Of a DNA stretch of 55,965 nucleotides, positions 50,592 to 55,965 are shown piece after piece. Source of the DNA: Pseudobutyrivibrio sp. (GTDB lineage Bacteria; Bacillota; Clostridia; Lachnospirales; Lachnospiraceae). Under the pieces are notes generated by a model that was given only the letters and a program-made list of their open reading frames with translations, made no database searches and was not told the origin of the DNA. The DNA lies in NCBI GenBank assembly GCA_021442555.1, contig JABUSV010000186.1, positions 1 through 55,965 of the forward strand. Direction: 5' to 3'. How positions within the stretch are numbered: position 1 is the stretch's first letter; every line of letters begins with the position of its first letter. The position numbers and the translations under genes are program-made.

Positions 50592-51210
50592 GTTTACCTT
50601 CCTTCATTGAATACATTTCATCTACAAGCTCACCCATCTCATCAAAATCATGAGAGGCTACAATAATCAACGCTCCTCTTTTCTTCTCTTCTGCCAGAAT
50701 GTTTCTTAATCTTATAACAGATTCATCGTCTAACCCATTAGTCGGCTCATCAAGAATTATCAAATCAGGTTGTTCAAATATTGCAGCCGCAATACCAAGC
50801 TTTTGCCTCATTCCAAGGGAATACTGTCTATACTTCTTCCCGCTATCTTCAGCAAGCCCAACTCTGGCTATTGTATTCTCAATATCTTTTTGGCTGGCAA
50901 TCTTTTTTATCGAAGCCAGCATTGAGAGGTTATCATAGGCCGTCAGTCCTCCATGAAAGCCTGAATTTTCAATCATTAATCCAACACTACGTGGGAAATC
51001 CATATCCCTTCCAAGACACATATCATCGATGTATATCTCCCCTTCATTTAATTTGATCAACCCACATATAGCCCTAAGAAGCATAGTCTTCCCTGAACCA
51101 TTTTTGCCTTTTAAACCATATATTTTTCCAGAAGAGAACTGTACATTACAGTTACTTAGAATACTGTTATTCTTTATCTCCTTTGATATATTTCTCACAT
51201 CTATAATCAT
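50578..51210 (-). CDS. ABC transporter ATP-binding protein (YybJ-like)
   Basis: GKNGSGKT, YSLGMRQKL, ILDEPTNGLD, SHD. Confidence 0.93.
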   Translation of the reverse strand: MIIDVRNISKEIKNNSILSNCNVQFSSGKIYGLKGKNGSGKTMLLRAICGLIKLNEGEIYIDDMCLGRDMDFPRSVGLMIENSGFHGGLTAYDNLSMLASIKKIASQKDIENTIARVGLAEDSGKKYRQYSLGMRQKLGIAAAIFEQPDLIILDEPTNGLDDESVIRLRNILAEEKKRGALIIVASHDFDEMGELVDEMYSMKEGKLEKV

Positions 51211-51219
51211 GCCTTCTAC

Positions 51220-52014
51220 CTACCATTCCATGTATGTCGAGCATTTCACCCACACCAATAATGTAATTATCAAATATATAATACAGCCCGCCACCGTCCA
51301 TACGCTTCCCAATCCCATTGCAGGCACCAAAAATACATTAGGACATATCACTATAGTCTGAAACAAACCACCCAAAGTAAATAAACAGTAATAAATAGCA
51401 AATGGGAAAACACTGGCTAAAATATAACTGTCCACCAAATGAAAAATTCCACAGGAAAAAAGTGCTGTGGTTCCAGAAAACAAACCATCAAATAGAATAT
51501 AACTAATGGTATAGATTAAGGGATGTTTATAAAATAAGGCAGCCCCTATCTCGTTTGCATATGGTCCTACTGCTATTAAAGGATCAGGATACAAAAGAGG
51601 TCTGACGGTCATTGTAAGTGTAAAATTAAGCAACAGCGGCACAGCTATAACCATAAATCCCAATGAAAAGATCATTCCGCCCGTTTTAAGGCAAAATGCT
51701 TTTTTAGTCATACGTACCTTGTGCTGCATATAATAGTTATTCTTAACCAGAATCCCATACTCTATACATACAGACATGCCTGAAAGAATTGGAAGGATAA
51801 GATAAAACCAGTTACTGTGGACAAAATACAACGACCCACCAATCCATGATATATATGCATTTTCAGGAATCCCATAAGCCATGTTATTCCATAAAAATGC
51901 GTTTTCTATAAACTGCCATAAAGCAATGAAAGTTCCCACCATCAGTGAGACAAAAAACATCTTATGAGTAGAAATAAAATTATTAAAAACCATTTTTACA
52001 ACTTTTTCTCCCAA
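51220..52014 (-). CDS. Multi-TM membrane protein, probable ABC permease; start uncertain
   Basis: About 6 TM, WIGG, FYLILPIL, PLLLNF, HPLIY. Confidence 0.75.
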   Translation of the reverse strand: MGEKVVKMVFNNFISTHKMFFVSLMVGTFIALWQFIENAFLWNNMAYGIPENAYISWIGGSLYFVHSNWFYLILPILSGMSVCIEYGILVKNNYYMQHKVRMTKKAFCLKTGGMIFSLGFMVIAVPLLLNFTLTMTVRPLLYPDPLIAVGPYANEIGAALFYKHPLIYTISYILFDGLFSGTTALFSCGIFHLVDSYILASVFPFAIYYCLFTLGGLFQTIVICPNVFLVPAMGLGSVWTVAGCIIYLIITLLVWVKCSTYMEW

Positions 52015-52771
52015 AACAAACTAAGAATAAAATTCCAATCCCATAAAGAACAAGCACTAAGATCATCATTTTATTATCTTCAATAATCCATGAATTTTTT
52101 GAGAGCATTGCAAGCTGCGCAGGTAATAACCCAATCTCCAACAGCACTCCTGCAACTGCCAGCCCAATGCTTACACAAATACCAATCAACGGAGAAATTT
52201 TTATCTCTATAATCAGTTGAACCAATCCTACAAGATATGACCGTAAAATAAACAGCAAACTGGTAATAATATATGCTTTAAAAGAAAAATCATCATAAGA
52301 AGACTCTATAGTATCTGCAGTTAGTGGCACACATATTATTTTTTCAATAAAAACCGTTCCAATAAGAATACAACCCAACACGGTGTAGTATATTATTGCC
52401 ACGAATGCAATCCATCTGATTCTTCTATTCCACCATTTGCTAATACTTTCATACCTTATTAGACTTTGAACTTTCCCTGTTATTTCATCATAAGCAAATC
52501 CCATTATTGTCATGCTAAATCCAATTTGTATTGTCAGCCACTCTATAGGAAGATCCCTCTTCCTCTGTGTCATAAACCCAAAGCTTTTCCTTGTTCCATA
52601 TAAGATTTTTCCCAGATGATATTGAACCGATGATGGCAGACAATATCCTTCATTTATCGCCATTACATAATCTGCCAACTGACTAAATAAGATTATGAAA
52701 ATAGCAATTACAGGTATTATTATCAATAATTTCCTGTTCCCTATTCCATATTTTATTTCAAAATCATTCAT
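51983..52771 (-). CDS. Multi-TM membrane protein, probable ABC permease (DUF2705-like)
   Basis: About 6 TM, LPIEW, QSLIRYESISKWW. Confidence 0.72.
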   Translation of the reverse strand: MNDFEIKYGIGNRKLLIIIPVIAIFIILFSQLADYVMAINEGYCLPSSVQYHLGKILYGTRKSFGFMTQRKRDLPIEWLTIQIGFSMTIMGFAYDEITGKVQSLIRYESISKWWNRRIRWIAFVAIIYYTVLGCILIGTVFIEKIICVPLTADTIESSYDDFSFKAYIITSLLFILRSYLVGLVQLIIEIKISPLIGICVSIGLAVAGVLLEIGLLPAQLAMLSKNSWIIEDNKMMILVLVLYGIGILFLVCFGRKSCKNGF

Positions 52772-52777
52772 ATATAT

Positions 52778-53485
52778 TTAAAAATCCATCTCTGGTTCTA
52801 GGTATACAAAACAATACTTATCATTAGATGTCCCATTAATTAAAGCCATGGTTTCATCTTCAGCGTACAAACACAACACATTATCCTTCGTCAAATAATC
52901 TTCGTTTTCCATATAAAAAACATATTCAACGTTGGTAATTTCTTCTCCAGTTATAGGCTGATCTATAAAAACATCCGCAGTATCTCTTATTTCCTTTGGC
53001 AGATTCGAATGATATGAAGTTGTGATAAATGTGCTCATGTCCAGCATTTCTCCTGATTTAAGGTTATAACACATAGTATACAATCCCCAGGAACACAATC
53101 TTTCATCATCCAAAACGCTGATATCCATATTAATAACCGCATAATATCCATCAGTCTGAAGTACACCATCTATCTCATCATCATCTAGTGTATCAACCAG
53201 ATTAATCCAATCTCCATGAGTCTTGGTAACTCTGGCCGAATTCACTTTAATCTTAAAACCTGCTTTTTCAAACGTATCTCCTGCCTTATATACCTCGCAG
53301 CCTTTTCCTATTTCCTCTATTCTTGCTACAGTATCTGTATTATCCTCTTCACTATCGACTATTATTATCTCTGGTAAAACTTCATTACCCTCTTCTGCTA
53401 CATTTTTTTCTGAGTTACCGCATCCTGCCAATAGTATAGCCGATAAAATAAACAATATCGCTTTATTCTTTTTGATTCCAAACAT
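52778..53485 (-). CDS. Acidic lipoprotein of unknown function
   Basis: Lipobox LLAGC; RBS AAGGAA. Confidence 0.8.
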   Translation of the reverse strand: MFGIKKNKAILFILSAILLAGCGNSEKNVAEEGNEVLPEIIIVDSEEDNTDTVARIEEIGKGCEVYKAGDTFEKAGFKIKVNSARVTKTHGDWINLVDTLDDDEIDGVLQTDGYYAVINMDISVLDDERLCSWGLYTMCYNLKSGEMLDMSTFITTSYHSNLPKEIRDTADVFIDQPITGEEITNVEYVFYMENEDYLTKDNVLCLYAEDETMALINGTSNDKYCFVYLEPEMDF

Positions 53486-53509
53486 ATTGTACCGTTCCTT
53501 TATTTAAAC

Positions 53510-53545
53510 CCGCAGTCTATCACTATTATACATGATAGACTGTGG
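53510..53545 (-). terminator. Stem-loop after first gene of the operon (leaky terminator or stabiliser)
   Basis: CCGCAGTCTATCA/TGATAGACTGTGG with only a short U-tract on minus strand. Confidence 0.65.
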
Positions 53546-53554
53546 TAATATTAA

Positions 53555-54007
53555 TTAATATCTATTACTTATATTATCTGGGCTCCACTTGCCTGATACT
53601 TTATGAATTGCATTATCCTGCCTTATTACTACCATTGGATACGCATACTTTCTGTTACCATACAGCCAGTTTGAAATATATCTATATGACCCGGTTGGTA
53701 CAGATACCCAATCTGAATATATCTTAGGATCTATACCCGTGCAGCTAGTTGCTACATTTGTACCTGCAACTGCTGTATTGAATTTCGTCGACTTAGCATT
53801 GTTTTTGACATAAGTAGCAGTATCATCCTGTTTTTCTCTTGCAGGACTTATACTTCCATCTGATCCATCTGCATAAAAATTAAAATCAAACGTCGCATCC
53901 TTATAGTTATTAGCACTTGCTATATTCTTGGTTTGAATTATCGTACAAGCCATTAAAATAAAAACAAAAATCTTACGTGCAAAAACCTTACTTTTACATT
54001 TTTCCAT
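53555..54007 (-). CDS. Small secreted beta-rich protein with C-terminal SGKWSPD motif (YybN/DUF2712-like by context)
   Basis: Signal peptide ending ASA; REKQDDTATYV; GKWSPD; RBS GGAGG. Confidence 0.75.
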   Translation of the reverse strand: MEKCKSKVFARKIFVFILMACTIIQTKNIASANNYKDATFDFNFYADGSDGSISPAREKQDDTATYVKNNAKSTKFNTAVAGTNVATSCTGIDPKIYSDWVSVPTGSYRYISNWLYGNRKYAYPMVVIRQDNAIHKVSGKWSPDNISNRY

Positions 54008-54113
54008 AAATACCTCCGTTTTAATGTAAATTATTTGTTCTACAATTAGATATTGCCGGCCATCTAATTCTACAATCCAAATATATCACTTTTAATACAC
54101 AAAAAAACAAAAA

Positions 54114-54149
54114 GGGTACAAACTGCATTGTTTTGGGTACGAACTGCAT
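54114..54149 (-). promoter_or_regulatory. Direct repeat with 21-bp period, LytTR-type operator candidate
   Basis: Minus strand ATGCAGTTCGTACCC-N6-ATGCAGTTTGTACCC (14/15 identical), i.e. GCAGTT-N15-GCAGTT. Confidence 0.7.
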
Positions 54150-54180
54150 ACTTCACCTCAAAAAATGATACTCAAGCCAT

Positions 54181-54355
54181 AAAAAACCTAGAGTATAATT
54201 ACTCTAGGCCAGACTGACGCGCAAACTTTCGGTCCACTGAAGCATATTCTGCCACAGTTAGCGTAATTCAATCTAACGCTGTTTCATATTAAGTATTAGC
54301 TACGAATCATCGGCTATGTTCTCTTTGTCAGTTGGATCTACCCAACAGCTAGTAT
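54181..54355 (-). ncRNA. Structured ncRNA candidate ending in an intrinsic terminator
   Basis: Stems UAGCUGUUGG/CCGAU..UAGCUA, AGCGU/ACGCU, ACUGAC/GUCAGU; terminator CCUAGAGUA/UACUCUAGG-UUUUUU at 54181-54208; no annotated ORF. Confidence 0.6.
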
Positions 54356-54385
54356 TGAATAATTCTTTTATTTGGCTAAAATATA

Positions 54386-54844
54386 ATGAGCGTAAAATCA
54401 GTAGCATTTGGAGTTATCATTGTTATGGGAAAAATAGAAAAAACTTATACTAAAACAAAATGTGGAGTTCCCGTTGAACAAACATATACATTAGAGCCTG
54501 CTTTAAACAATATGTATGAAAACATGAGTATGAAAGCATTGGCCAAAGAGATATTGCTTGAAGAAAACTATGTGAGATATATAAAGTCCTATTATTTTAC
54601 ATTTTGGGCTCAGATTCTGGGTATTTTGGCAGGCTTTCTTATTCCTATGATTATATTTAGCATTTATCTTAAGGATATAGAAAATGGTATCCTTGCAGGA
54701 GCTGGATTTGGGAGTATGTGGATGATTCTTTGGATTCCGGGAGCACTGTTGCTGCCGCAAACAAGGATATACAGACAATTTGCCAAATGGTACAGAGATG
54801 ATAATTCGCAAATATATGAATTGAACTTAATATTTAAAAAATAA
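54386..54844 (+). CDS. Hypothetical 2-TM membrane protein; start may be ATG 54425
   Basis: ORF with two hydrophobic helices, co-oriented with the next gene. Confidence 0.7.
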   Translation: MSVKSVAFGVIIVMGKIEKTYTKTKCGVPVEQTYTLEPALNNMYENMSMKALAKEILLEENYVRYIKSYYFTFWAQILGILAGFLIPMIIFSIYLKDIENGILAGAGFGSMWMILWIPGALLLPQTRIYRQFAKWYRDDNSQIYELNLIFKK

Positions 54845-54865
54845 TACTCAGGGAGAACAAATAAT

Positions 54866-55117
54866 ATGTATGAAAATCACAATGTAAAAGTTACAGTATT
54901 AAGCAGCAAATGTCCCAAATACAAAGCCGGAGACGAGATACACTTCAACGGTGCTTTTATAGACAAAGAAAGCAGTGCTGAACTTTGCATGGTTGCCATG
55001 CAAGCCATTTATCCATTTATATATGCTTTCAGACGCGGTGGAAAACTAAAAGAAGGTCCTTATCAATGTACAGATTGTGAAGAAACAGTCGTATTTAGGA
55101 TTGAGCAAAACGATTAA
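54866..55117 (+). CDS. TIGR04076-family small Cys-rich protein
   Basis: KVTVLSSKCP..KAGD, LC..A...IYP, QCTD...VVFRIE; RBS GGGAG. Confidence 0.8.
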   Translation: MYENHNVKVTVLSSKCPKYKAGDEIHFNGAFIDKESSAELCMVAMQAIYPFIYAFRRGGKLKEGPYQCTDCEETVVFRIEQND

Positions 55118-55227
55118 TTTAACCTGGGAACCCAGTGCAATCTCAAGGAGGGGCCCACATTGGTGGGAGGATTCCTTGAGATAGGAGAATTTGCATGCAA
55201 ATTCGACATTTCTCAACCAACTAAACT

Positions 55228-55247
55228 AGCGCGAGACGGGACTCGAA
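55228..55247 (-). mobile_element. tRNA-Gly 3'-end fragment, probable att site of an integrated element extending to the right
   Basis: Minus strand TTCGAGTCCCGTCTCGCGCT = T-loop, T-stem 3' strand, acceptor 3' strand and U73; no 5' half; TTTAGACGC direct repeats nearby. Confidence 0.75.
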
Positions 55248-55372
55248 TACCCTTCAAAATTTTCTTAAATCTCCCAACCCCCGAAAATACAAGGAAAGGA
55301 AGACCTGTACCTCCGGGGAGATTTGTTTTAGACGCAGTTTAGACGCGAAATATATCCTATCACATTCTCATA

Positions 55373-55401
55373 TTGACAAATATGTCACTCGAAAGTAAAA
55401 T
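55373..55401 (+). promoter_or_regulatory. Near-consensus sigma-A promoter of the antitoxin RNA
   Basis: TTGACA-17 bp-TAAAAT. Confidence 0.8.
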
Positions 55402-55407
55402 CTATCT

Positions 55408-55497
55408 AAACAGAGCACTCGCCCACAAGGTGGGTTAGCTCCCGAGATGAACTATAGCCTATCTCAGCTCGCCAAAGTTGAGGGATAGGCTATTTTT
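55408..55497 (+). ncRNA. Antisense antitoxin RNA (about 90 nt) of a type I TA module
   Basis: Promoter upstream; ends at ATAGCCTATC...GATAGGCTAT-TTTT terminator abutting the toxin stop codon; convergent with the toxin. Confidence 0.72.
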
Positions 55498-55594
55498 ATT
55501 TGCGCTTGTTATTCCTATCGTCTAAATAGGCAAGCAATGCTATTAAGAAAGTACCAGCCAGAAACAATGTTGTCAGAACTTCATATGTACTCAT
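55496..55594 (-). CDS. Type I toxin, holin-like/TxpA-type 32-aa peptide MSTYEVLTTLFLAGTFLIALLAYLDDRNNKRK
   Basis: Translated by hand; RBS GGGAGGTG; MSTYE start, single TM helix, charged C-terminus; below the ORF-track cutoff. Confidence 0.88.
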   Translation of the reverse strand: MSTYEVLTTLFLAGTFLIALLAYLDDRNNKRK

Positions 55595-55669
55595 GATAGC
55601 ATCACCTCCCTTCCATGAAATGGCTCGGGAGGCTAACCACACCTCATAACACGAGTGCTCATGACGAAA

Positions 55670-55698
55670 ATAATATCACACTAAAAATGTTACCTCAA
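55670..55698 (-). promoter_or_regulatory. Promoter of toxin mRNA
   Basis: TTGAGG-17 bp-TATTAT with extended TG. Confidence 0.65.
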
Positions 55699-55965
55699 TA
55701 AAATTCGAACATTTTTTCGAAGTTGCACATTTTGATAAATTATCAAATTCTTCACAGATTTTACAAGTTATACAGATAATTATTCGCTATAACTGACACT
55801 CGCCCATGTCCCAGTTGCTTGTCATACAAAATATGGCAGTATACTTCAATGGTACTTTTATAGGCAAAGAAAGCAGCAAGAAACCCATGCGGGAACCCAA
55901 GGATACACAAACTCCACCTCTGTCACTTCAATTGATTATTATTGACACATTTATTACAAAGGGTA

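Noticed and set aside
291-54811. Many 60-180 aa ORFs antisense or out of frame within long genes (e.g. 15394-15936, 46937-47446, 24366-24755, 16698-16922)
   Set aside because: Shadow ORFs of well-supported genes, with no recognisable motifs
55160-55342. 60-aa ORF across the att region
   Set aside because: Overlaps hairpins, the tRNA fragment and arm repeats; no protein-like features
1-55965. CRISPR array, transposase, integrase or phage structural genes
   Set aside because: No regularly spaced repeat-spacer array and no such protein motifs seen; the 54114 repeat has only two units
55806-55965. Open plus-strand frame running off the window end
   Set aside because: No RBS and no recognisable motif; cannot be supported

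Overview
About 56 kb of chromosome from a low-GC Gram-positive anaerobe; gene content suggests Lachnospiraceae (inference). Most genes are on the minus strand. From left to right: (1) a truncated tRNA-Leu(TAG), then HD-GYP, ABC-F, acyltransferase and GNAT genes; (2) a uronic-acid glycan degradation trio (GH2 beta-glucuronidase, GH88, heparinase II/III-like lyase); (3) the housekeeping relA-MBL-hemZ-hisS block; (4) a YesMN-type two-component/sugar ABC/RhaM/GH28 locus; (5) a Na/Pi transporter, htrA, glmS and a surface-polysaccharide locus; (6) MATE, folC, DegV, transglutaminase-like, csp, diguanylate cyclase and pnuC genes. The right end (50-56 kb) is an accessory region and holds the most interesting signals, most of them missing from the ORF track. 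These are an AT-rich secreted-protein/ABC operon preceded by a 21-bp-period LytTR-type direct repeat, a terminated structured ncRNA candidate, a tRNA-Gly 3'-end att scar with arm-like repeats, and a complete type I toxin-antitoxin module (32-aa toxin plus convergent antisense RNA). Two long intergenic fold-back elements (17.85 kb, 21.96 kb) are also unexplained. All product calls come from motif recognition by eye; no database searches were run.
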